This document shows positions 21,578-31,540 of a stretch of 52,083 bases of DNA, piece by piece (within the stretch, counting starts at the first letter, position 1; the number at the start of each line of letters is the position of its first letter). This DNA comes from an uncultured Erysipelotrichaceae bacterium (lineage in GTDB: Bacteria > Bacillota_I > Bacilli_A > RF39 > UBA660). Position numbers and translations under genes: made by a program. The stretch lies in contig CADBUX010000004.1 in the NCBI GenBank assembly GCA_902797995.1, positions 1 to 52,083 of the forward strand. Reading direction: 5' to 3'. The notes beneath the pieces were generated by a model, which saw only the letters and a list, made by a program, of their open reading frames with translations, was not told the DNA's origin and did no database searches.

Positions 21578-23563
21578 CTAATTCTCTTTAGATAAAGCCT
21601 CTTTTAATTCATCTTTATTCATTTTTGAATAACCCTTTACCTCTTTTTCTTTAGCTAATTCTTTAAGTTCTGCCAAAGAAAGATCTTCTATAGGTTTTGA
21701 TTTAATAGTTTCCATATCAACATCCTCTGGCATATGTCCATGTTCTACTAAATAATCAATTTGCTCTTTTGTTATAGTTTCATATTCAAGAAGAGCGTTA
21801 GCAATTAAATCCAATAAATGACGATTATCTTTAATAATCTTAGTTGCCTTTTTATAACAATCATCCATAATCTCTCTCATTTCCTGGTCTATTTCATATG
21901 CAACTTGTCCAGAGAAATTACGACTTTTATTATAATCTCTTCCCAAGAAAACACTACCTTCTTGAGTCTCAAGTTGAAGTGGTCCAAGCTTACTCATACC
22001 ATATTCGGTAACCATAGCACGAGCAATCTTAGTAGCTTGTTGAAAATCATTGTGAGCTCCGGTTGTTATCTCATTAAATACTATTTCTTCTGCAACACGT
22101 CCACCAAGAAGACCACTTATACTTTCGAGAAGTTCTTTCTTAGTAGATAAATATGTTTCTTCACGAGGAAGCATTAAATTGTACCCACCAGCATGTCCAC
22201 GAGGAACAATAGTAATTTTTTGTACTTCATTAGCCCCTTCAAGCTTAATACCTACAACAGCATGACCAGCTTCATGGTAAGCAACTATTTTCTTTTCTTT
22301 TTCAGTATATTGATGTGATTTTTTTGCAGGTCCCATAAGAACTCTATCATGTGCTTCATCTATTTCAGCCATAGTAATTTCGTTTTTATCACGACGAACT
22401 GCAAGAAGAGCAGCTTCATTAAGTAAATTTTCAAGATCAGCACCACTAAATCCTACTGTACGTTTTGCAATATTTTTAAGTGTAATACCTTTAGCAAAAG
22501 TCTTATTTTTAGCATGCACTTCAAGAATTTCCTCGCGTCCCTTAATATCAGGAAGCGAAACAGTGACTTGTCTATCAAATCTTCCTGGACGAAGAAGTGC
22601 AGGATCAAGTACATCAGGTCTATTTGTAGCAGCAATAATTATTATTCCTTCATTTGCACCAAATCCATCCATTTCAGTAAGAAGTTGATTAAGAGTTTGT
22701 TCCCTTTCATCATGCCCTCCACCAAGACCAGTACCTCTTTGACGACCAACAGCATCTATTTCATCAATAAATATTAAACATGGCGCAGTTTGTTTAGCTT
22801 GTTTAAACATATCACGAACACGACTTGCTCCAACACCTACAAAAAGTTCAACAAAATCAGAACCACTTATATAATAAAATGGAACATTGGCTTCCCCTGC
22901 AACAGCACGAGCAAGTAAAGTTTTACCAGTTCCTGGAGGCCCTACTAAAAGAACACCTTTAGGAATTCTAGCACCAAGTTTTTGAAATTTCTTTGGACTC
23001 TTTAAGAAATCAATTAATTCCTTAACTTCATATTTTTCTTCAACAAGACCTGCTACATCATCAAATGTAACCTTGTTTTTATCAGTACTAAGTTTAGCCT
23101 TACTTTTACCAAAATCAAATGATTTATTAGCACCTCCAACTTGTCTAGTTAAGAAAAATGCTGCAAAACCAATTAAAGCTACAAATGGTAAAAAATTAAC
23201 TAAAATAGCAATAATAGAAGTACTACCTGGATCTTTTTTAACATTAACTTTAAGATTTTTTTCCTTAGCAACACTTACTACATCAGATACCAAACTATCA
23301 GAATAAGGCATACTAATAGTAAAGGTTTCTCTCTCTTCATATCCTTCAAGTTTACCAGTAATTTGATATATAGCAGAACTTTGCTTTGGAGTAATTTCAA
23401 GTTCAGTAACCTTATTACTATTTAAATCTTTTAAAAACTCATCATATGATAATTTATTAACTTTTACATTTGCGCCCTTCACAAGAAGTAAAACACCTAA
23501 AATAAATAGTATTAATAACATATATGACAAGAAAGTATTTCTGTTATTTTTCTTTATATTCAT
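21578..23563 (-). CDS. ftsH: ATP-dependent zinc metalloprotease FtsH with C-terminal Rho_N-like extension
   Basis: Two TM helices, [23 protein letters not shown]; tail [26 protein letters not shown]. Confidence 0.97.
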   Translation of the reverse strand: MNIKKNNRNTFLSYMLLILFILGVLLLVKGANVKVNKLSYDEFLKDLNSNKVTELEITPKQSSAIYQITGKLEGYEERETFTISMPYSDSLVSDVVSVAKEKNLKVNVKKDPGSTSIIAILVNFLPFVALIGFAAFFLTRQVGGANKSFDFGKSKAKLSTDKNKVTFDDVAGLVEEKYEVKELIDFLKSPKKFQKLGARIPKGVLLVGPPGTGKTLLARAVAGEANVPFYYISGSDFVELFVGVGASRVRDMFKQAKQTAPCLIFIDEIDAVGRQRGTGLGGGHDEREQTLNQLLTEMDGFGANEGIIIIAATNRPDVLDPALLRPGRFDRQVTVSLPDIKGREEILEVHAKNKTFAKGITLKNIAKRTVGFSGADLENLLNEAALLAVRRDKNEITMAEIDEAHDRVLMGPAKKSHQYTEKEKKIVAYHEAGHAVVGIKLEGANEVQKITIVPRGHAGGYNLMLPREETYLSTKKELLESISGLLGGRVAEEIVFNEITTGAHNDFQQATKIARAMVTEYGMSKLGPLQLETQEGSVFLGRDYNKSRNFSGQVAYEIDQEMREIMDDCYKKATKIIKDNRHLLDLIANALLEYETITKEQIDYLVEHGHMPEDVDMETIKSKPIEDLSLAELKELAKEKEVKGYSKMNKDELKEALSKEN

Positions 23564-23577
23564 ATTTGTCCTCCTTT

Positions 23578-24900
23578 TTAATAATACTTAAGTATTATAT
23601 CACACTTTTTATTCTTTGAAACATCAAACTTAGATTTTTTAAGACCAGGTAACCAAACAATAGTATCTTCTGAATCAACAACAACAGGCCATAAATCTCT
23701 ATTTTTAACAGGTATCTTAGAATCTATAAAAATATCTTTAATTTTTTTCGTTCCATTTAATCCCTTAACCTTCATCTTATCACCAGACTTTCTAGTTCTA
23801 ACACGAAGCGGAAGCACTAAATCATTACTATTAAGCCTGCAATAATTATTATCACTTGTAGAAACATCATCAATTCTTTTTATGTTCTTTCCATTAGGTA
23901 AATTAACATAATCAAATAGTTCTATTTCATATTCATCAATTTGATCTGTTTCATTATCTAAATAAAACTTGCCATAGCTTTTTATAGCCTTAACACCATT
24001 AGGTAAATAAACACTGCTATTGGTACGTTTTGACTGCATCAAACTTTTTATTAAATCAGTATGAATATCAGCAATAAGAATTAAATCGTCTTGATAATAA
24101 TCTTCAAGCATCTTATTAATTATTTTGTTTTGTATAACTTTATCAAGTTTTTCAAACTTCTCTATATCAACATACTTTCCATCAAAACAAACCATTTTAA
24201 ATTTTTTTAAAGCCTCCTCTTCAATATAATTATCATACTCACTTAAAATAGCACTATATTTTAAAAATTTAAGGTGAACATTTTTATCTTCTTTTTTTAA
24301 AAATGGTAAAACATCTTTACGATATCTATTTCTCGTATATTTACTAGAAAAATTAGATTTATCAATTGCATAACTAATACAATTTTTCTTATCGTACTCA
24401 AGTATTTCATCCTTAGTAACAAATATTAAAGGTCTAGCAATATAATAACCATTCTTTTTAATTAACTTCTCAAATCCAGAATACCCATGTGCCGTAGAGC
24501 CCCTAACAATTCTCATTAATACAGTTTCGATTAAATCATCTCCATGATGAGCGGTCATTAAGTATTTAGCATTATATTTATTAACTAATTCCTCAAAAAA
24601 TCTATATCTAATATTTCTAGCCTCATTATGAAAATTATCATCACCATAATTTTTAATAACCATACTCTCAAATATAATATGGTGTCTTTTGCAGTATTTT
24701 TCAAGATAAACAAGTTCATCATCACTTTCTACTCTAAGTTTATGATTAACATGTGCACATACAATAGAAATATTCATTTTTTTTCTATATTTAAGTAAAA
24801 TATCCATAAGCGCCATAGAATCTGGTCCTCCAGAACATCCAAGGACAACAGTATCTCCCTCACTTAAAATTGACATTAAAAAATCATTTACCATTTTCAT
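23578..24900 (-). CDS. tilS: tRNA(Ile)-lysidine synthetase
   Basis: SGGPDSM PP-loop, TAHHGDD, RPL, RNRYR, TilS_C domain; tilS-ftsH synteny. Confidence 0.95.
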   Translation of the reverse strand: MKMVNDFLMSILSEGDTVVLGCSGGPDSMALMDILLKYRKKMNISIVCAHVNHKLRVESDDELVYLEKYCKRHHIIFESMVIKNYGDDNFHNEARNIRYRFFEELVNKYNAKYLMTAHHGDDLIETVLMRIVRGSTAHGYSGFEKLIKKNGYYIARPLIFVTKDEILEYDKKNCISYAIDKSNFSSKYTRNRYRKDVLPFLKKEDKNVHLKFLKYSAILSEYDNYIEEEALKKFKMVCFDGKYVDIEKFEKLDKVIQNKIINKMLEDYYQDDLILIADIHTDLIKSLMQSKRTNSSVYLPNGVKAIKSYGKFYLDNETDQIDEYEIELFDYVNLPNGKNIKRIDDVSTSDNNYCRLNSNDLVLPLRVRTRKSGDKMKVKGLNGTKKIKDIFIDSKIPVKNRDLWPVVVDSEDTIVWLPGLKKSKFDVSKNKKCDIILKYY

Positions 24901-24978
24901 ATAAATCACCACTCACAAAAAATTATAATAAAGCAAAATAAAAAAAGAATCAATACAAAAATAATAACAATAATGTTA

Positions 24979-25281
24979 TTATTTCATTCTAATAATATAT
25001 TCGTTTTTTCCAGAATAGAAGAATTTTTCCCTTGCATATTTTGCAACATATACAGGATCTTTTAATTTATTAACCTCTGACTTTAAAATATCTTCTTCTT
25101 CTTTCAATTCGTCTAACTTAGTATTAAGTTCTTTACTTTCCTTTTTCATATCGTATACATCGTTTAATATACTTCCAACTGAGTATATGATATAAACATT
25201 AATAGCAAGACAAATCAAAGTAACAAAAAAGATTCTCTTTGCCCTTTTTCTTTTTAACTTTTTGGAACGTCTCTTTGCCAT
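24979..25281 (-). CDS. divIC: Septum formation initiator DivIC/FtsB family
   Basis: Basic N-terminus, TM helix, coiled coil, DPVYVAKYAREK; yabP-yabQ-divIC synteny. Confidence 0.82.
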   Translation of the reverse strand: MAKRRSKKLKRKRAKRIFFVTLICLAINVYIIYSVGSILNDVYDMKKESKELNTKLDELKEEEDILKSEVNKLKDPVYVAKYAREKFFYSGKNEYIIRMK

Positions 25282-25376
25282 AATCTCACCACCATACACT
25301 ACCTCAATATAATTATAACAAAACAACTTTTTTTTTCAATACAAAGAACAAAAAAAGATTATACTTGACACACAAA

Positions 25377-25631
25377 CTATGTAAATATAATCCTCGATAA
25401 AAATAGACCTAAAACAAAAAATAAAAATAAGTAAATATGTAAAACGCCGCCATTAATATTAATTATAGAAATAAGAAATATAATTGCTAAAATAAAATTA
25501 AAAATAATATTAAAATAGATCCTATACTTTGAAAGTACTAAATAAAACCTCAATCTAACAAATAAAAAGTAGTATATAAACCCCCATATAAAACAAAAAA
25601 CAAAAGAAATAATTTGCTGACTAAGTATCAT
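25377..25631 (-). CDS. yabQ: Spore cortex protein YabQ-like (short form)
   Basis: Three hydrophobic helices with INGG.L..Y motif; start overlaps the yabP end. Confidence 0.65.
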   Translation of the reverse strand: MILSQQIISFVFCFIWGFIYYFLFVRLRFYLVLSKYRIYFNIIFNFILAIIFLISIININGGVLHIYLFLFFVLGLFLSRIIFT

Positions 25632-25915
25632 TTAAATAATTTTTCCATAAATGAAGACTTATTATTTTTTTTAATACTATCAAAATATGCAAAACTGTCT
25701 ACATTACCCTTTATAGATATAATACCATCTTTAGTATCCAATCTTACAATCTCAAGACCTGAGCCTTTAATGGCTAAAAACCCCATATTTGTATCAAGTA
25801 AAAATTCTTCCTCATCAAAACTTTCTATCTTTTCTACTCCAGTTATATAGATAAGTTTTCTTTCATTAATAGTAATACCATGATTATAGCTAATATTTTC
25901 TGCTTGCCTTTCCAT
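25628..25915 (-). CDS. yabP: Sporulation protein YabP
   Basis: ITGVEKIESFDEEEFLLDTNMGFLAIKG; ATG at 25915 after GGAGG. Confidence 0.9.
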   Translation of the reverse strand: MERQAENISYNHGITINERKLIYITGVEKIESFDEEEFLLDTNMGFLAIKGSGLEIVRLDTKDGIISIKGNVDSFAYFDSIKKNNKSSFMEKLFK

Positions 25916-25933
25916 ATTTTTTCCTCCTACATA

Positions 25934-25961
25934 AATGTATGCCAAAAAAAAGAAAGTAGAA
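25934..25961 (-). promoter_or_regulatory. Putative sigma-E promoter of yabPQ
   Basis: -10 CATACATT (25941-25934) matches the sigma-E consensus CATACAHT; TTCTACT 13 nt upstream; yabPQ is sigma-E dependent in B. subtilis. Confidence 0.55.
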
Positions 25962-25962
25962 C

Positions 25963-25985
25963 AAAAAAAACACCCTAAGGTGTTT
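25963..25985 (-). terminator. Intrinsic terminator of spoVG
   Basis: aaacacc-ctaa-ggtgttt hairpin plus T-run on the minus strand. Confidence 0.65.
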
Positions 25986-25992
25986 AATGATT

Positions 25993-26253
25993 CTATTCTT
26001 CAGCAGTATTGTATGCTTCTAAAATAGCTTCTTCAAATAATGCACGTGTTTCAGGATTGATTGGATGGGCTATATCACGATATCCACCTGTTGAAGTCTT
26101 TCTACTAGGCATAGCGATAAATAAACCATTATCTCCTTCAATAACACGAATATCATGTACTGCAAAGCAATCATCTAATAAAACAGATGCAATTCCTTTC
26201 ATACGTGAACCTTCTTTTTCAATCTTACGTACATTTACTGATGTAATTTTCAT
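25993..26253 (-). CDS. spoVG: Septation regulator SpoVG
   Basis: [30 protein letters not shown]; strong RBS AAAGGAGG. Confidence 0.96.
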   Translation of the reverse strand: MKITSVNVRKIEKEGSRMKGIASVLLDDCFAVHDIRVIEGDNGLFIAMPSRKTSTGGYRDIAHPINPETRALFEEAILEAYNTAEE

Positions 26254-26348
26254 CTACAATCCTCCTTTAAAAGCAAACTGCTTCTAATTCAATTTTATAT
26301 TAATAAAAGAAGAAAAGTCAATACATTTGCACAAAAAAATAGAGTTTG

Positions 26349-26555
26349 CTAAATATTGACGTCCAAAACGCCAATCAGAACATCAGAATATGAAAAAGAT
26401 TTTTTTATATTATCCGAATCTATAATGAAAACATAATTATAACAACTAGTAATAATTCCTTCAAATTCTTCGATTTGATTGCGACTACCATTATACCTAA
26501 ACATGATTTTTTTATCCTTTAATGCAAGCATATCATTCCTTATCTTATCAATCAT
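26349..26555 (-). CDS. veg: Veg family protein
   Basis: NGSRNQ..EGII..Y..VF..SFSYSDVL; yabG-veg synteny. Confidence 0.85.
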   Translation of the reverse strand: MIDKIRNDMLALKDKKIMFRYNGSRNQIEEFEGIITSCYNYVFIIDSDNIKKSFSYSDVLIGVLDVNI

Positions 26556-27343
26556 CTAGGATACCCCACATACATAGTACCATTAGTAATAATTCCCCCT
26601 ATTCCGTCCTTTCCATATTTAGTTCTAGAAAGTATTTTCTTTAAATCAATTGGTTCATTCTTATTAGATAAACATATTGAAGAAGCAATAATCGCTGGAT
26701 CAAGAGCATGAATATTTATTCTTCTAGGACTAGAAGCAAAATTAGAACCAGCTTTAATAAGTTCCTCATAATCAGACTGACAAGCCCCTGCAATTATAAT
26801 AAGCTTTTCATGATCTTTCTCATATTCACGAGCAGCTTGTACCGCTTTAACAAAATTTCTACTATTCTTATAATTAGAAAGTTCTTTATAATCATCATCA
26901 CGTTCATAGTAAGCATCATGACCAGTTATTACCAAAACATCAGGTTTAATTTTTTCCAAATGATCTTTTATTTTTAAATGAATCTTATCTTCAAGAATAA
27001 CAACCCCAAAACTAGCAATATTCATATCTTTATAAAACTTAATACACCTATTTAAATAATCCTTATCACTATCGATATGAAGAACCTTTCCAGGAAGATA
27101 AAAATATTGATCTCTATTAAGATCAACACTATCTTGCATCCTTTCATATAAAGTCCTATCTTCTTTAGTTATATCATCAAATTGATCATCACATTTTTTT
27201 AAATCATCCAAAGAAGCATCCGCTATAAGTCTAATATTAACCCCCTCTAAAATAGCAACGTCATTATCAATTTCTTTTATCTTAAAAACTAAATCATGAT
27301 TATGAGAAGACCTAGTTACATAATCTCCCACATTAAAAAGCAT
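26552..27343 (-). CDS. yabG: Sporulation peptidase YabG
   Basis: GDYVTR, RLIADA, PGKVLHID, VITGHDA, AGACQS, FASSP, NIHALDP. Confidence 0.93.
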   Translation of the reverse strand: MLFNVGDYVTRSSHNHDLVFKIKEIDNDVAILEGVNIRLIADASLDDLKKCDDQFDDITKEDRTLYERMQDSVDLNRDQYFYLPGKVLHIDSDKDYLNRCIKFYKDMNIASFGVVILEDKIHLKIKDHLEKIKPDVLVITGHDAYYERDDDYKELSNYKNSRNFVKAVQAAREYEKDHEKLIIIAGACQSDYEELIKAGSNFASSPRRINIHALDPAIIASSICLSNKNEPIDLKKILSRTKYGKDGIGGIITNGTMYVGYPR

Positions 27344-27361
27344 ATAATCATCTCCGCTTAA

Positions 27362-28153
27362 TTATATGCTTAACTTATTAGAAATTTCACAAAAAATATC
27401 AATAGAAAGCTGTTCTGCTCTAACAGATAAGTCATATCCATTAGAATTAAGAACTTGTTCTATCAAAGAAAGATTATATTCTTTCAAATTGTTTCTAAGA
27501 GTCTTTCTCTTAAACCTAAAACTATCTCTAACTAGTTTATAAAACAATGTTAAGTCTTTAACAAAAGTCCGATTTTTCTTGTAAAAAGATACTACAATGC
27601 TGTCAACATTAGGTCTAGGATAAAAGCTATTTCTATTAACAATAAACTCTTTTTTTACATCATAGTTATAATTCAAATAAACAGTCAAAGAACCATAGTT
27701 CTTAGTACCTACAGAAGCACAAAATCTGTCTCCAACTTCCTTTTGAACCATTACCCTTATCATTTCAATATCTAAATCTAAATCAATTATCTTCTCAAGT
27801 ATTGGAGTAGTAATATAATATGGAAGATTAGCAATTACATATAAATTATCATAATCATATTTATTTAAATCGAAAAGAACATCTCTTTTCATAAAATCAT
27901 CAAAATATATGTCATAGTTAGAATAATCACTAAGATTATACAAAAGTCTATCCTTAACTTCTAAATCTATTTCGTAACCGATAACTTTATCAAATTTAGA
28001 ACAAAGATATTTAGTAAGCCTACCATCACCACATCCAATTTCAATAACTAAAGATTTCTCTTTAACAGGAATATCTACAATCTTTCTAACTATGTTTTCA
28101 TCAACCAAAAAGTTTTGTCCATACTTTTTTTTAAAATTAAATGGTTCCATCAA
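27362..28153 (-). CDS. rsmA: 16S rRNA m6,2A dimethyltransferase KsgA
   Basis: KKKYGQNFL, EIGCGDG, ANLPYYITTP, MVQKEV. Confidence 0.95.
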   Translation of the reverse strand: MMEPFNFKKKYGQNFLVDENIVRKIVDIPVKEKSLVIEIGCGDGRLTKYLCSKFDKVIGYEIDLEVKDRLLYNLSDYSNYDIYFDDFMKRDVLFDLNKYDYDNLYVIANLPYYITTPILEKIIDLDLDIEMIRVMVQKEVGDRFCASVGTKNYGSLTVYLNYNYDVKKEFIVNRNSFYPRPNVDSIVVSFYKKNRTFVKDLTLFYKLVRDSFRFKRKTLRNNLKEYNLSLIEQVLNSNGYDLSVRAEQLSIDIFCEISNKLSI

Positions 28154-28197
28154 ATCACCAACACCATTTTAACACCATAAAAAAAATAAGGCAATCA

Positions 28198-28668
28198 TTA
28201 CACAGATTGTTCCTTATTTTCAGAAATAGTCTTAACATATTTTTTTCTAGTTAAAAGATCGCTTAAAACAAGTAATAAATTAGCAGCACCAAGCATATAC
28301 AACATAACCTCAATTGCAGATAAATTATCTGCAAAATAAGCAGGGTTAAATTTCATTTGATATCTATAATATAGAATCATACTTTTATCAAACATAGCTC
28401 TAAAACAAATAATTATTATTATTAAAAATACAAAACAACTAACAAAATTAAACATTAAACTATTTCCAACCTTTTTACTCCTAGTAATTAAAGTTAGTAA
28501 AAAAGTAATAAGTACAAAACCAAAAGGTAAAAATACGTTAATAGCTTCTCCAAGTGACTTTTCAAGTCTTGAATAAGTCATCATTATTCCATATAAAACA
28601 AGCCCAAAAGAAACAACTAAAAGTATATATTTAAAAAATCCAAAAACTTTACTCAATATATCTTTCAT
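28198..28668 (-). CDS. Hypothetical 4-TM membrane protein, last gene of the sipW operon
   Basis: Four hydrophobic segments; start overlaps the upstream stop (TAATG). Confidence 0.75.
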   Translation of the reverse strand: MKDILSKVFGFFKYILLVVSFGLVLYGIMMTYSRLEKSLGEAINVFLPFGFVLITFLLTLITRSKKVGNSLMFNFVSCFVFLIIIIICFRAMFDKSMILYYRYQMKFNPAYFADNLSAIEVMLYMLGAANLLLVLSDLLTRKKYVKTISENKEQSV

Positions 28669-29354
28669 TATCTACCTCCTCCAAACTCATTTACATACCA
28701 ATTAGCAACATCATCAAGAATTGAAGCCATCATTCTATAATTATTAACTGTTAATTTAGTTTCATTTAAAAGCTTATTATATACGCCACTTCTTGTAGTA
28801 TCTGTAGAAAAACTATAAGCGCTATTTCCAAGACCAGATTTAGCTAAATAATCAGCATTATCAATAACAATTTGTCTTTTTTGTTCAGTAATATTATACA
28901 TTTTTTGAGCTGATGTACCAAGTTTATATGATTTACTAATAACTGTTATATTATAAGGAATTCCAAAAACACATGACTTATTATATTTTTTCAAAATTTC
29001 ATCATTAGCCTTATATATATCTAAAGTATTAACTGAACTTTTACTTTCAAAAGTTGAAAAAGTTCCTTTATTTAATTGATTAATACAAGTTTGATAATAG
29101 TCATAAATAGGTTTAGCAGTAGAACCATAATTTACATTATTCACATTAACAGACTTCATCTTTTTATCTACACTTTTAAGAATATCTTTATACTCTTTAT
29201 AATCAGCACTTTCATTCATACTAATAACTTGATTATATCTAATTTCCTTATAATGATAAACATTAATAATAAACAAAAATGATGCAAATACTAAACAAAT
29301 AATCAAAACACAACTAGATAATAAATCAAAAAGTTCTCCAAAAAATTCTTTCAT
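28668..29354 (-). CDS. Hypothetical bitopic membrane protein with predicted helical exported domain
   Basis: N-terminal TM helix; GGAGG RBS; within the sipW operon. Confidence 0.75.
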   Translation of the reverse strand: MKEFFGELFDLLSSCVLIICLVFASFLFIINVYHYKEIRYNQVISMNESADYKEYKDILKSVDKKMKSVNVNNVNYGSTAKPIYDYYQTCINQLNKGTFSTFESKSSVNTLDIYKANDEILKKYNKSCVFGIPYNITVISKSYKLGTSAQKMYNITEQKRQIVIDNADYLAKSGLGNSAYSFSTDTTRSGVYNKLLNETKLTVNNYRMMASILDDVANWYVNEFGGGR

Positions 29355-29363
29355 ACAATCCTC

Positions 29364-29999
29364 CTAAACTCCTATATTAATTGCAAAACTAAAATCTAAG
29401 TCCTTATCTATATTATTACCCCAAATCTTAAGCTCATATGCATCAACAGATTTACCAGATATAGTAACATTATATAAATCATTAGTTTTAGAATTACTCA
29501 AACTACCATTTTTTACAACTTGTTGATTTTTTAATAACATATAGCCAATTTTACTTTGATCAATACTATCTAAACCATAATTAGGGTTTTCCAACTCAAC
29601 TGAATATTTAAGATCTACATCATTTTTGTTTTCAACATTAAAATGATAAGTAAAAGAATTACCAGAATTATTATAATTAGCAAAAGACTTAATAGTTCCA
29701 CCATAAGCTTTGTTTGAATGTATTACAGTTAATTTATATTCGTTATGAAATACTCCAATTGGACGACCAGTTAACTCTTTATCAAAAACAACAAGACCAA
29801 GTATAGCTGCAAGTAAAGAAGTAAGAATCAAAAATATCGCCAGTCCTATTAAAAACGGAGCCCCAAAAAACTTTCTAACATAAATATGGTCATCAACCCC
29901 AAGTTTACTATGTAATTCTTCATCAGCAACTTCTTCTTTAAAAATTAATTCTTCAGTATTAGATACATAGTCATCATTATTATTCTGATTCATCATCAA
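29364..29999 (-). CDS. Membrane-anchored TasA/camelysin-like domain protein
   Basis: Acidic N-terminus, TM helix, then YHFNVEN..YSVEL..IGYML..YELKIW..FAINI pattern shared with its neighbours. Confidence 0.6.
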   Translation of the reverse strand: MMMNQNNNDDYVSNTEELIFKEEVADEELHSKLGVDDHIYVRKFFGAPFLIGLAIFLILTSLLAAILGLVVFDKELTGRPIGVFHNEYKLTVIHSNKAYGGTIKSFANYNNSGNSFTYHFNVENKNDVDLKYSVELENPNYGLDSIDQSKIGYMLLKNQQVVKNGSLSNSKTNDLYNVTISGKSVDAYELKIWGNNIDKDLDFSFAINIGV

Positions 30000-30627
30000 C
30001 CACCTCTTTTAACTTCTTTTTAGCCTCAAGTGCTCTTTCACTTTCTAATTCTTTGTTTTTGCTTTTTTTACCAACAGCCCTAAATAGTTTCAATATATCA
30101 CTAATAATAATTCCTAAAGCAGGTATAATTATAGCAACAATCCAACCAGTTTTACTAACCAAAAATTGTTGAATATAACCAGCCTTTGGTATTTTAAAAA
30201 TAACCTTTCCTAAAACATAATCGCTTTTAATAACTTCACTATCTGCAGTATTATTGTTATCACCTTTTGTTTGATATGAATATTCACCATTAACATTGTA
30301 TACCTCTTTTACTCTATGGGTAATAGTAATACCACCGTTATTATTAGAAACAAAAGTTATAACATCACCCTTGTTATATATATTGTTATCTTCTTTATAT
30401 GTTACAACAACATCTCCAGCTTTAATCGTAGGATACATACTTTGAGTAAGTATTGTATAAAAATTTGTTCTAACTTCACCTAAACGATCATTACCTGCCA
30501 AAAACCTAACCCTAACAATATAAATGACAATTATTGCAATTAAAAGTACTAAAATAGTAAATATAGCGGACGAAATAATTTTAAAAATTCTATTAATTAC
30601 ACTTTTCACACTAACCAGCCCTTTCAA
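29980..30627 (-). CDS. sipW: Signal peptidase I, SipW (ER-type, Ser-His)
   Basis: ILTQSMYPTIKAGDVV, ITHRV, TKGDNN, GKVIFKIPKAG; N- and C-terminal TM helices. Confidence 0.88.
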   Translation of the reverse strand: MKGLVSVKSVINRIFKIISSAIFTILVLLIAIIVIYIVRVRFLAGNDRLGEVRTNFYTILTQSMYPTIKAGDVVVTYKEDNNIYNKGDVITFVSNNNGGITITHRVKEVYNVNGEYSYQTKGDNNNTADSEVIKSDYVLGKVIFKIPKAGYIQQFLVSKTGWIVAIIIPALGIIISDILKLFRAVGKKSKNKELESERALEAKKKLKEVVDDESE

Positions 30628-30629
30628 AA

Positions 30630-31415
30630 TTATTCGTAATAAGCGTCTACTGCAACTTTACATCCAAATTGTTTTGATTCCTTATAAACATTCGCATCAT
30701 AAGAATACCACATTCTAAAAACGTAATCACTAGTTGAACTACTAGTTAAAGTTTTTCTATAAATTACCTTTCCACCAGCACGATATTTACTATTAGGTAA
30801 ATCACTATAATTATTAACTATATTCTTATTTATAGAAACATCTTTACCATCTTCGGTTAAATAAACTCTAATATCTTTTTCATCAATAGTATTACCTTCT
30901 ATAGGAATAAGTGATATTTCATAGACAATTTTGCCCTTTTTAATATTTTTCATAGTAGCAGAAATATTAAAATCAAAATATTCTTTATCCCCAGTAAGTT
31001 TCATACCAACTTCATCACGAGTAGGAAGTACATTAGTCATATAAATATTATTAGATTTCTCACTAAAAGAAAAAAGTATTGTACCTGCTTCTACTTGCTT
31101 AGTAGGAGTCTTTCTTTTAGATGGAGTATAGCCATTAGAAGGAGTAGGACTATTTTCCTCCTTTTTCTTTTTAGTTTGATCAACAACAATATCAGTACCA
31201 ACATCAATAACATTAGTACTATCACCATTATAATAAGTATTAAATATAGCAAAAGATAAAGATGCAACTAAAAATATTAAACAAATAAGAAAAACTAACA
31301 TTAAAAGGAACAACCTATGATCATCCTCTTCAACAGTTAAGATCTCATCAGCAACCTGATCTGCAACATCTTGTTCATATAAATCAAATCTTTTATCATC
31401 ATTATTCATATTCAC
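30630..31415 (-). CDS. SipW-substrate TasA-like protein with acidic leader and P/T/K-rich linker
   Basis: Hydrophobic helix ending SLSFA-IF; GTILFSF..YFDFNI..YEISL..IRVYLT..YVFRMW..KVAVDA. Confidence 0.65.
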   Translation of the reverse strand: MNMNNDDKRFDLYEQDVADQVADEILTVEEDDHRLFLLMLVFLICLIFLVASLSFAIFNTYYNGDSTNVIDVGTDIVVDQTKKKKEENSPTPSNGYTPSKRKTPTKQVEAGTILFSFSEKSNNIYMTNVLPTRDEVGMKLTGDKEYFDFNISATMKNIKKGKIVYEISLIPIEGNTIDEKDIRVYLTEDGKDVSINKNIVNNYSDLPNSKYRAGGKVIYRKTLTSSSTSDYVFRMWYSYDANVYKESKQFGCKVAVDAYYE

Positions 31416-31504
31416 ACCTACTATTCTAGTATACCTATACTACTATAGTACCACAAAAAAATTAAATTTAAAAGAAAAATATTGCAATATGCAATATTAT
31501 TTTC

Positions 31505-31535
31505 AAAAAAAAGACCATTGATTAACAATAGTCTA
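31505..31535 (-). terminator. Intrinsic terminator after the two major TasA-like genes
   Basis: agaccattg/caatagtct imperfect inverted repeat plus T-run. Confidence 0.6.
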
Positions 31536-31540
31536 TTTTA

